Origin: an uncultured Gammaproteobacteria bacterium
Lineage (GTDB): Bacteria; Patescibacteriota; Patescibacteriia; Magasanikbacterales; GWA2-37-8
Length of the DNA stretch: 64,000 nt
Assembly: GCA_964535515.1 (NCBI GenBank)
Contig: CAZHTA010000001.1
Location: 49,707 to 113,706, forward strand
Direction: 5' to 3'
Shown: positions 48,242-57,577 of the stretch, one piece after another
Layout: the number at the start of each line of letters is the position of its first letter
How positions within the stretch are numbered: position 1 is the first letter of the stretch
Position numbers and translations under genes: made by a program
Notes under the pieces: generated by a model
The model's input: the letters and a program-made list of their open reading frames with translations, nothing else
The model's database searches: none
What the model was told of the DNA's origin: nothing

Positions 48242-48910
48242 TTAACTAGTCAATTGAAACTCTGGCTTTATATTAACCGCCTCACCCAAGAAACTTACTA
48301 ACATATAAGCACCAAACATGATAACCAAACCAATTACTGCTGCCACCAAAATATCTGTACCTTTCTTTACTTTCTCCGAACTGCCTTGAGACAAGATCAA
48401 TGTAAACCCACCATAAACAAACATTACCAAAGCCAAAGCACCAATTACACCAAACAAATACCGTGACAGCTGAATAAGAAAAAATACAAAAATAGAAACA
48501 TCCATACAAGGATCATCTGCCACTTTCGAGAACGATCGCGCCAAGAGACATTCTGGAATTAATTGGCTAGCCACTCCTCTGAAACCACTTTTAGTAGCAG
48601 CCGTTCCTTCTAAATCTCGAGAGGCTTCCCATTTATTTTTTTCGTCTTTACATAACTGTTCACCCGTTGCTCCAGCAAAAAACTTACAACTTCTTTTTAA
48701 TCCTTCACCCTGCTTTGCTAAACAAGTAGCTTCATCTGCTGCTGTTTCACAACTACTACTAAACAAAGAATTGTCTTTAATATTCTCTGGCGTTGCTTTG
48801 CTTAAATCACTCCCACAAAAACAATAATCAGCCGCCGAAACTAATGTGGGGGTTAAGAAAAACATCAACCCAATTAAACCTCCTACTAACCAACTGGTTT
48901 TTTTAATCAT
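48242..48910 (-). CDS. TrbC/VirB2-like pilin with Cys-rich N-terminal domain
   Basis: YGGFTLILSQGSSEKVKKG. Confidence 0.72.
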   Translation of the reverse strand: MIKKTSWLVGGLIGLMFFLTPTLVSAADYCFCGSDLSKATPENIKDNSLFSSSCETAADEATCLAKQGEGLKRSCKFFAGATGEQLCKDEKNKWEASRDLEGTAATKSGFRGVASQLIPECLLARSFSKVADDPCMDVSIFVFFLIQLSRYLFGVIGALALVMFVYGGFTLILSQGSSEKVKKGTDILVAAVIGLVIMFGAYMLVSFLGEAVNIKPEFQLTS

Positions 48911-48912
48911 AC

Positions 48913-50310
48913 TTAGATAGTTTGATTAATCTTCGCCGCAGCATCATTAAGAAGAGTTTGACGCCACTCCGCCTGACCTTTATCCTCTGGCCCAGGTATC
49001 AACCAAGCGCTTAACAAATCATTGATTGCTCTATTCGCTGCTTCATAGTTACTACCACGATACCAGTTCTCAGCAATCAAGACATCGGAAACAAATGGTA
49101 ATAATTCTAACTTTTCTTTTTGAGCAGAAATAAAAGCACGAAGTGCGGTTGGTCTACCCGTAGCATCTAAATAATCCTTGGTAGTTTTTGAATGAGTCAA
49201 GAAATCAATTAAGTTCCACGCCTCGTTTTGATTCTTTGATTTACCAACAACGGTTTGAACCCAGTAGTTTGCAACATTAACTGGCTTTTCTGGATTCAGC
49301 TGAAACAATGGTAACACCTCAAAGTTTAACTGTGGTGCCCGTGCTTTTATCTGTGGATAGTTGTAACTATAACCAAAGAAAAATCCAACTGACCCATTTA
49401 CAAATTGATCTAACGCATTACCCATTTCACTATTCCAAGAATAAGTATCACGTGTCGAATTCGCATAATCAGTATAAAAATTTAACACTGCCATTGCGGG
49501 TGTTTCATCCCCTCCGCCCGTAGTTAAATTAAACAAAGCCTGTCCGCTTTTGGCAGAAAAAGCAACGCCACTCTGGCGGAACAATGCATACAAAATATCA
49601 TCTGCACCATTAATATTACTTCCTGTGCCAAGAGCCGTACCAGACTGTACAATCTTGTTGGTTTTTTTGTCGTACTTATTAATTTTCTTTACTGCCGCTT
49701 GAAACTCTTCCCAATTCTTTGGTGGTTCTGGTACACCTGATCGATCTAAAATATCTTTATTGTAATATATAGCCATGGTATCAAGTGACAATGGCAAACC
49801 ATATATCTGATCACCAATCACCACATCGTCTTTAACTACTTTTACATATTCTCGATCTAGGCCAAGCAAATTAATCATTGGCCGTGGGGTGTTGTTAACA
49901 ATCGTCTCTGTACTAAACTGTCCTTTCTGAACAACAACCGTAGTGTCATTTACTGACGCTGGCATTGGCACCAATTTACTTTGAAATGTTTTTAACCAAC
50001 GATTTTTAATAGAGATAATATCCGGACCACGATCTTCTGCTAACGCTTCAACTAAACGAGGATACAATTCAGCCTCACGAATCTGACGAATATTTACTGT
50101 AACCTGTGGACGAGTCGCATTAAATTTTGCTACCGCTGCACGCAAAGCATCCACATCATCAAAAACCGTCCAGTATTCCAAAGTGACTGGCTTAGTTAAC
50201 TGTCTCTCGGCTTGCGTAATCCCTTTACAACCAAATCCAAGAAACAAAAACAAACCAGCAATCATAGAAATTGCTAGAAAAGAAATTGATATTTTATTTT
50301 TCATAACCAA
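48913..50310 (-). CDS. Extracellular solute-binding lipoprotein (carbohydrate ABC SBP family 1)
   Basis: Lipobox LGFGC, GPDII, IYGLPLSLDTMAIYYNKD, PPKNWEEF. Confidence 0.88.
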   Translation of the reverse strand: MVMKNKISISFLAISMIAGLFLFLGFGCKGITQAERQLTKPVTLEYWTVFDDVDALRAAVAKFNATRPQVTVNIRQIREAELYPRLVEALAEDRGPDIISIKNRWLKTFQSKLVPMPASVNDTTVVVQKGQFSTETIVNNTPRPMINLLGLDREYVKVVKDDVVIGDQIYGLPLSLDTMAIYYNKDILDRSGVPEPPKNWEEFQAAVKKINKYDKKTNKIVQSGTALGTGSNINGADDILYALFRQSGVAFSAKSGQALFNLTTGGGDETPAMAVLNFYTDYANSTRDTYSWNSEMGNALDQFVNGSVGFFFGYSYNYPQIKARAPQLNFEVLPLFQLNPEKPVNVANYWVQTVVGKSKNQNEAWNLIDFLTHSKTTKDYLDATGRPTALRAFISAQKEKLELLPFVSDVLIAENWYRGSNYEAANRAINDLLSAWLIPGPEDKGQAEWRQTLLNDAAAKINQTI

Positions 50311-50336
50311 AGCGATAGAATTTTAATCAGCTTTAA

Positions 50337-51206
50337 TTATATCACACTCTTCAAATATTTCCTAAACTCTTTGGACAATTTCGGATCACGCAAAGCAAAA
50401 TCTACGTTGGCTTGCAAGTATCCAAGCTTCGAACCAGTATCATAATATTTACTATCTACTACTTTCGCGTAAATTGGACGTTTCTTAAGTAGTTTAAAAA
50501 TTGCATCTACCAACCATAATTCTCCACCCTTACCTACTTTTGTTTTTTCTAACATTTCAAAAATATCTGGGGTTAAAATAAAACCACCCAAACTCGCAAT
50601 TCGTGAAGGGGCTTTCTCTGGTCCTGGTTTTTCAACAATATTCTTTACTTTTAAAACTGATTTTTCCACTTCTACCCCATCGATCACACCATACTTGGTT
50701 GTTCCTTCATCATTAACCGGATAACCAGTTAAAACCGGATCACCATATTTTTCAAACACCTCAATCAATTGTTTAAGCTGAGGTTTCTTTGGTGCATAAT
50801 GGAACTCATCACCCCACATAACCGCAAAAGGTTCGTCACCAATCACATTCTTAGCACACATTACTGGTGTACCATTACCATATGGACCTTTTTGACGGAT
50901 AAAGATAAAATTAGCCAAATCAGCGATTTTCTTTACTTCTTCAGCCATCTCTCCCTTCCCTTGCTTCTTTAACCAATTCACTAATTCATAGTTAGGACTA
51001 AAATGGTCTTCCACTGCCCGCTTTGATGGACCAGTGACTAAAATAATATCGGTAATACCTGATCGTACTGCATCTTCTACTACATATTGGATAATTGGCT
51101 TATCAACCACCGGCAACATCTCTTTAGGTGAAGCTTTGGTAGCTGGTAAAAAGCGCGTTCCTAAACCAGCAACCGGAATAACCAACTTACGAATCGTTTG
51201 TGACAT
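50337..51206 (-). CDS. galU: UTP--glucose-1-phosphate uridylyltransferase
   Basis: VIPVAGLGTRFLPATKASPKEMLP, VEKP, YDTG. Confidence 0.93.
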   Translation of the reverse strand: MSQTIRKLVIPVAGLGTRFLPATKASPKEMLPVVDKPIIQYVVEDAVRSGITDIILVTGPSKRAVEDHFSPNYELVNWLKKQGKGEMAEEVKKIADLANFIFIRQKGPYGNGTPVMCAKNVIGDEPFAVMWGDEFHYAPKKPQLKQLIEVFEKYGDPVLTGYPVNDEGTTKYGVIDGVEVEKSVLKVKNIVEKPGPEKAPSRIASLGGFILTPDIFEMLEKTKVGKGGELWLVDAIFKLLKKRPIYAKVVDSKYYDTGSKLGYLQANVDFALRDPKLSKEFRKYLKSVI

Positions 51207-51398
51207 AAAGTAATATTTATATATCTATGGTATTAAGTATAACAAGTACCAGACTATATTTCAATAACTAAAAAAGAACCAATAAACAAGCCCTTGAAAA
51301 AAGTCTGAAAATGTGCTATAATACACCCGTTGGTAAATCAATTTACCAATTTAATCCTTTTTTACAAAGGAAAATATTATTTACTAATTAACAATCAT

Positions 51399-52763
51399 AT
51401 GGCGTTCGGAGCAGAAAATCGATATAGCCCACCAGGTGCTGACAAAAAAATATCACCGGCAAAAGGTCTACATGAAGTCGACTCTTTTGATGCTATGCTC
51501 GCAGAACAACTGGCTGATGCCAATGCTGAGTTACATTCAAAAACAGCGGCAGGCAGAGCAGAAGCTCCGGACGAAAGACGTGCAGCAAATATAGCTTCAG
51601 TTGAAGGCCAAACACCAGCTGTCAAAACTTCAGATAAACCACAACGACTACGCTCTGTTGATGCTTTTGACGCACTATTAGCAGAACAGCTCGCTGACGC
51701 TAATGATGAGCTACACGCAAAAACACCAGCTGGCAAAGCTGAGGCAGCAGAGGCAAAACGCCTTGCAGGCATAGCTGCAGCCAGAGAAGCGATAAAAAAA
51801 TCACGTGCTGACGGTACATATGAAGCTAAGAAAGCCGAATTTGCAGCAAAACAAGCTTCACGTGGGTCAAATTTTGAAAAAGGAGCACCATTATCACCAG
51901 ATAAACAAGCTTCATTAAACAAAGAAACTAATATTTTACAACAAGGCGATACACCTCAGAACGAGAAACTTGCTTGGGACGATGCTGAAAGAATAGCCGT
52001 CTCACAGCAACGCAAAAATAAATCAGAATCAACAGGAGTTGATCGTGCGGTTATGTTACAAAATCAATTAGATGAGCTTAATAGCAAAACTGCTGATTTG
52101 TTAGGTGAAGAAATTAAAAAAATGAGATTTTGGGTTATTAATAAAGCAACAAAAGCTCATAAAAATTTAATGGATACAAACAGTGTATATGCTGAGTTAG
52201 TATCTAGACGAGAAAAAATCACAAGTAACATCGGTGTAATTGAGAGCCCAGGTTTACGTTTAAACACTACACCTGAAGTTAACTTATCTCAACCAGAACC
52301 AGTCGTCGAACAAGCGCCAACACCTACTGCCAGAATAGAGCGCTCCGTTTTACCACCATCAATTTCTAATCCAGAAAGAACTGCACCAACCCTAAAATTC
52401 TTAACTAACGCTGAAAAGAAAATTATAGCGACAGACAAAGTCATGCGTCCAGAAGACACAAATCAGATTAGACTGGTTAAGTTGCTCGCAAGACTTAAAG
52501 AAACTTTCAACATCGACATGGATGAACAAGGAAAAATGGGGTTCTTTTCTCAACGTAAGTTTAATAAACTATATGAACAACGGATACCTGCATTTGAAGA
52601 ACTTACTGATAAAATCGTAAAAACACAAACTGACCTTGCTTTAGAAAGAACACCTAAGGAAAAATCGCTAAGAATATCAAATGTGATCGCAGCTGCAGCA
52701 GACAGTGGCAGATCAAACAAAATTGCCGATACCGGCAAAGGTACTATGAGCGGAAAAGCATAA
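51399..52763 (+). CDS. Hypothetical protein with a 30-aa internal duplication
   Basis: VDSFDAMLAEQLADANAELHSKTAAGRAEA / VDAFDALLAEQLADANDELHAKTPAGKAEA (180-bp offset). Confidence 0.7.
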   Translation: MAFGAENRYSPPGADKKISPAKGLHEVDSFDAMLAEQLADANAELHSKTAAGRAEAPDERRAANIASVEGQTPAVKTSDKPQRLRSVDAFDALLAEQLADANDELHAKTPAGKAEAAEAKRLAGIAAAREAIKKSRADGTYEAKKAEFAAKQASRGSNFEKGAPLSPDKQASLNKETNILQQGDTPQNEKLAWDDAERIAVSQQRKNKSESTGVDRAVMLQNQLDELNSKTADLLGEEIKKMRFWVINKATKAHKNLMDTNSVYAELVSRREKITSNIGVIESPGLRLNTTPEVNLSQPEPVVEQAPTPTARIERSVLPPSISNPERTAPTLKFLTNAEKKIIATDKVMRPEDTNQIRLVKLLARLKETFNIDMDEQGKMGFFSQRKFNKLYEQRIPAFEELTDKIVKTQTDLALERTPKEKSLRISNVIAAAADSGRSNKIADTGKGTMSGKA

Positions 52764-52861
52764 AATAACCGAATCAAAAAATACTTCAGTCCATCTGAAG
52801 TATTTTTTTATTCCCTAACATATAATTCCATATTACACATCTCTCTCGTACAAACATTCCC

Positions 52862-54223
52862 CTAATTCAACGCCTCCCAACTAATTAAATTGTACTCTGA
52901 TCCTACTGGAAAACCTGGCGGCGGTCCATAGGTTAAATTGGCATCATAGGTAGAGTTGGTAGCTTCATAACCTGACACTACTGACCCGCCGCCTGATACC
53001 CAACTCCATGTCCAAAGACCATTGGTAATTATCGAGCCATACACCGTTAAACTATCCTTCGTATTACCTGGGTAATAGTACCTCTTAGCTGCACCATTCT
53101 GAGCCAAAATCACTGCATTGATCTCCAAAATATTTGGAGAATTATATGGTATTAAAACATTTTTCTCAGCCATCAAACCCAAACTGTGATTTCCGTCTTT
53201 TGCTAAGTAAGTTAAATTACCGTTAATAATAATCGACTTGCCTGTTGCTGTACCAACTGTCGCTCTACCATTAACCACTCCATCTACCCATACCGTATCC
53301 TCTACATATATATATCCATTAGACGGCATATCATAAGTGGTAGCAGTGCCTAAAGTTTTGATATCAATACAAAAAGTATAGTATCGATTGTCATTAATAT
53401 CTTTCCCGTTATAACAATTTGTCGTATTAACTTTGTAAGCCTTAACATGGCCATCGCTAGTAAACTCCAACCGCCAACCCTGTTTACCCGAAGATGAAAG
53501 ATATATTCCACCACTCTTTGACCCTGTTTTTACATCCGCCAATTTAACAGTCACAGCCGAAAAATCCTTAGATGGCACAGGAAAACTCCAATAACTTTGG
53601 GGTGTACCATCACCCCAAATGCCCGGCTTTTCCACATTGCCACAACCAATATGCGCCTTACAAATATAGGTTGGAACAGCTGAGGTAATTTGTGCGTCCC
53701 CTGTCCCATCAAATCGAATACCACTGTTAGCATGCATTTTCCCGTGAACCACTTCATCATCTCCAATCCAAACATCACCGTTCGTTAAAAAAGCATAATC
53801 AGTCAAAGCCGGGAAGCCTACTCGAGCACGAATAATACGTTTACTACTCTCTTGTATATTTAACCAACCAGTCGATTCAATTGTTACCACAGTGGAACCA
53901 GAGGGTGGTGGTGTAACTACTAAAGAATATTGACCAATAACATTCCCGTCTTTATCTTCATAATCATGCACATACGGACCCGACTGACCAGTGCCATCAG
54001 TATAATCAGTTTTATTATGCGCCAAATGCCAACGGTAGTAGTTAACACCAGCTTCCGCAATCTGAAAAGCCATTTCACGATTGTGTTTATGAGCTGAAGC
54101 CCTGTTTTCTAAAATTGCATAACCCACCACCCCGCCAACAAGAAGCGTAAAACTAATCGCCCCAAACACCATAACAAACAAAAGCATGGAACCACGATTA
54201 TCTTTTTTAAATTCCCTTATCAT
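52862..54223 (-). CDS. PilX/PilK-like minor type IV pilin
   Basis: RGSMLL prepilin-like leader; AFQIAEAGVNY motif. Confidence 0.8.
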   Translation of the reverse strand: MIREFKKDNRGSMLLFVMVFGAISFTLLVGGVVGYAILENRASAHKHNREMAFQIAEAGVNYYRWHLAHNKTDYTDGTGQSGPYVHDYEDKDGNVIGQYSLVVTPPPSGSTVVTIESTGWLNIQESSKRIIRARVGFPALTDYAFLTNGDVWIGDDEVVHGKMHANSGIRFDGTGDAQITSAVPTYICKAHIGCGNVEKPGIWGDGTPQSYWSFPVPSKDFSAVTVKLADVKTGSKSGGIYLSSSGKQGWRLEFTSDGHVKAYKVNTTNCYNGKDINDNRYYTFCIDIKTLGTATTYDMPSNGYIYVEDTVWVDGVVNGRATVGTATGKSIIINGNLTYLAKDGNHSLGLMAEKNVLIPYNSPNILEINAVILAQNGAAKRYYYPGNTKDSLTVYGSIITNGLWTWSWVSGGGSVVSGYEATNSTYDANLTYGPPPGFPVGSEYNLISWEALN

Positions 54224-54228
54224 ACTAA

Positions 54229-54837
54229 TTAATTACTTTTCAAATTCCTAATTTCTACCTTTGATTCAATATTAAAAGGCACTGGTGCCACATTTGGCTT
54301 TTCTTCCAACATTAATTTAATTCCTACCATTCTAACCAATGTAACATTTATCGGTGCAGACATTGGCGTACCAGATACACTCGAATAATTTTGATCATAA
54401 TAATAAAAAACTGAAGTGGTAGCATTGGCCACATCATTAACGGCAGTGGTTATCACTTCATTTGCCGGATTATACGTCAAAGGATTACCTGTTGGTTTAG
54501 TAATTCCTTTTTTAAGTAACTTACCCGATAAAAAATATCTTACTCGCTCACGCCAAGAATCAGAATCGATGTTACTGTAAAATACAATCGTGCTCGTATT
54601 GGCAACCTCCAATGGATATGATCCAATACTTGAAGCATTTGCACGCCGTAATTCGTTAACAAAATCTTGAACAATTTTTCTGCCATCGTTTTGCGTTGAC
54701 AATTGTTCCCACACCACATCACGTCCGTGTAAACCCCACAAAAGAAGCTCGACAATACCGGTGATTAAAAGCAAAAATATACCAATGGCAACTAGCACTT
54801 CAACCATGGTAAAACCCCTTTTGTTTAATCTAATCAT
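54229..54837 (-). CDS. Type IV prepilin-like protein (PilW-like)
   Basis: KRGFTMVEVL class III signal. Confidence 0.88.
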   Translation of the reverse strand: MIRLNKRGFTMVEVLVAIGIFLLLITGIVELLLWGLHGRDVVWEQLSTQNDGRKIVQDFVNELRRANASSIGSYPLEVANTSTIVFYSNIDSDSWRERVRYFLSGKLLKKGITKPTGNPLTYNPANEVITTAVNDVANATTSVFYYYDQNYSSVSGTPMSAPINVTLVRMVGIKLMLEEKPNVAPVPFNIESKVEIRNLKSN

Positions 54838-54841
54838 ATTA

Positions 54842-56641
54842 TTATTCTTGAGGAGATAGACTAACAACCGCCTCACCGTTACCACTCACTTCAATTGAAC
54901 CAGAGTTGATAGAATAACCACTACGAGAAACTTCTAGTGTATATGTCCCAGCTGCTAACCCTGAAAAGAACACCTGCCCTGGAGGCGTACAATCACTAGT
55001 ATACGTTACTGCCACCTCAGAAAGTTGTGGTGTGTAATGATTATCAGCGGTTGAAAGATACACACGATAGCGCAAATATCTTTTTCCGCTCAGACTAGCA
55101 TGCACCACAGTATTGGTGGCATTATAGAAAGTAGCAGCGGTACCATCTGGACCGATAAAATCCCAAGCTGCTGGAGTACTAGAATTACTGGTTGCTAATT
55201 GAAAAACAATTGGATTGCTACCAGTCTGAACCGGTTGAGATAATGGCTCCCACTCCAAATTACGTAAACTGACTGCACCACCCAAATCAAAAGTTGATGA
55301 TTCTAAATACCCACTACTTAAATATATTCCTCCCACTTTACGTAATTTCAAATCTCCCACCGGAGAGTTAATATCTAAATTACCATCGTCATAAAAATAT
55401 TTATTCTCCGTTGTATAATCCACTTGTCCACTACTACCAGACCAATCAGTCTGACGTGAATAACCTAAGCTAGTAGCAAGCGTATCGTCAAAGCTGCCGT
55501 TATAAAGACGCACCGATGCATCCGACAAAGACAACCCCGTACCTGCATCTTTTACTTTTACCAAAACTGAATTAGTGGTGTGAGTGCGAAGCACCACATA
55601 GAACTCTTGATTTAACCCAGGGGTTAAATTGAGTGGCAACATTGGTATTGTACCAGCAATATCATATGACACGCCCGTTGGTGATAAATAGTAGGTATCC
55701 CACTCTTGATTAGCAAAGCTATATTCCCCACCACCATTAGCCGTAAAATTCTGACTAAACTTATAAATATTCGGATTAGTACCTAATACCTTAGTACCAT
55801 GTAAATTAAAACCAACACTGCCGATTGCGGAACAAGTTGGATTGATTGAATGTAAATTAATACTACCTAATCGATCAATCGAAAAACTTAACTCCGTAAC
55901 CGTTTGGCTAACCACATTAGCCGGTGGTTTCACAGGGTTAGGATTATCAACCGAACTAACAACGGTGTAATCAGAAGAATAACCACCTTTAGAAACAGTA
56001 ATATGATAACTTAAAGTACCAGTCGGAGTATCAATGATTTTTAACCACCCTTCGTTATCAGTTACATCATCAATTACCGTATTTGGTGTGCGTGCAGTGT
56101 TTATGGCATGAACACTTGCGCCAGACACTACTAAACCACTGGCGTCAAAAACTTGAATATATAGGTGACCATTAGAACTCGCACCTTCCAAATTCTTTGG
56201 CGCTACCAACGTACTTAAAATAACCGGCCGAGTCTGTGTGCAATTTGCACAGATCGCCGACATCTCTACTAACTTGTAATCACCGGGTGAAGTATCTTTA
56301 GTGGGTGTACCAGTTGCCATACCATCAAAAGCATTATCAATATTACGTACGGTCGTAGTAAGTAAAAATGTCGCGCCGTTTCGCACCACACTTTTAGTAC
56401 GAGCTAATACACCAGCGGGTACACCATTTTGAATACCAATACTATCAAAAGGAATATTACGCGCTGATTCCAACTCTTCTGACAAAAGGGCAGTTTCCAA
56501 AATTTTCAAACGTGATTGATAAACAATTTTAAATACCAATGAAATACCACCATAAATACCAAGCGCAAATATCAAAAATATCGCCGCGGCAACAACCGCT
56601 TCGATTAAAGTGAATCCTCTGTTTCCTCCAAATAGTTTCAT
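54842..56641 (-). CDS. Type IV prepilin-like protein with beta-sandwich/carboxypeptidase-regulatory-like domains
   Basis: RGFTLIEAV class III signal. Confidence 0.85.
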   Translation of the reverse strand: MKLFGGNRGFTLIEAVVAAAIFLIFALGIYGGISLVFKIVYQSRLKILETALLSEELESARNIPFDSIGIQNGVPAGVLARTKSVVRNGATFLLTTTVRNIDNAFDGMATGTPTKDTSPGDYKLVEMSAICANCTQTRPVILSTLVAPKNLEGASSNGHLYIQVFDASGLVVSGASVHAINTARTPNTVIDDVTDNEGWLKIIDTPTGTLSYHITVSKGGYSSDYTVVSSVDNPNPVKPPANVVSQTVTELSFSIDRLGSINLHSINPTCSAIGSVGFNLHGTKVLGTNPNIYKFSQNFTANGGGEYSFANQEWDTYYLSPTGVSYDIAGTIPMLPLNLTPGLNQEFYVVLRTHTTNSVLVKVKDAGTGLSLSDASVRLYNGSFDDTLATSLGYSRQTDWSGSSGQVDYTTENKYFYDDGNLDINSPVGDLKLRKVGGIYLSSGYLESSTFDLGGAVSLRNLEWEPLSQPVQTGSNPIVFQLATSNSSTPAAWDFIGPDGTAATFYNATNTVVHASLSGKRYLRYRVYLSTADNHYTPQLSEVAVTYTSDCTPPGQVFFSGLAAGTYTLEVSRSGYSINSGSIEVSGNGEAVVSLSPQE

Positions 56642-56758
56642 GGATATATTATACCACGAAAACTAAATCAAAAAAACATGTTTTTCGTTGGATTCAATTT
56701 TTATGATAAAATAAAATAATAAATTTCCCAACACATCTTTTTTGTGTGGATAAAGATA

Positions 56759-56787
56759 TTGACAACATATCATAAATGATATATAAT
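56759..56787 (+). promoter_or_regulatory. Consensus sigma70 promoter with operator palindrome for the TA operon
   Basis: TTGACA-17-TATAAT enclosing ATATCAT-AA-ATGATAT (56767-56782). Confidence 0.8.
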
Positions 56788-56796
56788 ATTAAACGT

Positions 56797-57162
56797 ATGG
56801 AGGGATATAAAATATTTTATTATAAAAATAGTTCTAATGGAAAACAGCCGGCAAGAGAATTTATTCTCGGTTTACAACATAAAGTAAGAGTAAAGGTCTT
56901 TAAATATTTGGAGTATCTACGGTTAAATAATGGCTATCTAGACGAACCCTACTCGCGGCATATAAAAGACAAAATAAGAGAATTGCGAGTCGATTTTGCC
57001 AAAGAGCGACACAGGATTTTCTATTTTACTTTTATTGATAAAAAAATCATTTTATTAAACGGATTTACCAAAAAAACTCCAAAGACACCAGAAAGCGAAA
57101 TTGAAAAAGCACAAAAATATTATCTAGAGACGATCAATAACCCAAATATATATGAAGAATAA
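56797..57162 (+). CDS. RelE/ParE-family toxin (HigB/Gp49-like)
   Basis: PYSRHIKDKIRELRV...RIFYF...LLNGFTKKTPKTP..EIEKA. Confidence 0.9.
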   Translation: MEGYKIFYYKNSSNGKQPAREFILGLQHKVRVKVFKYLEYLRLNNGYLDEPYSRHIKDKIRELRVDFAKERHRIFYFTFIDKKIILLNGFTKKTPKTPESEIEKAQKYYLETINNPNIYEE

Positions 57163-57442
57163 AAGAAAACTAAATGATTTTGAGCAAGATCTTCAAAAAG
57201 AATTGAAAAACCCGGAATCTAAACGATTGTTTGACGAATATGGCAAACAACTAGAATTGGCTTACCAAATTTTACAATTACGTAAAAAACAAAAAGTATC
57301 ACAAAGCCAACTGGCAAAGAAAATTGGTACCACTCAAAGTAATGTGGCAAGAATGGAAGCTGGCAAACAAAATTTTTCAACAAACACACTAGTAAAAGTG
57401 GCAGCAGCACTGGGCAAAGAATTGGAAATAAAATTTGTATAA
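57152..57442 (+). CDS. XRE-family HTH antitoxin (HigA-like)
   Basis: SQSQLAKKIGTTQSNVARMEAG; overlaps the toxin stop. Confidence 0.9.
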   Translation: MKNKRKLNDFEQDLQKELKNPESKRLFDEYGKQLELAYQILQLRKKQKVSQSQLAKKIGTTQSNVARMEAGKQNFSTNTLVKVAAALGKELEIKFV

Positions 57443-57577
57443 AACTAACCGAGGCCTTAGAGCCTCGGTGTTTTTTACCAAACAAAAAACCACGTGAATA
57501 ACCAACGTGGTTTTAATATGAACTTATACACATCACCCCAAATCAAAAAATGTGATATAATATCTTTACCACAAACT

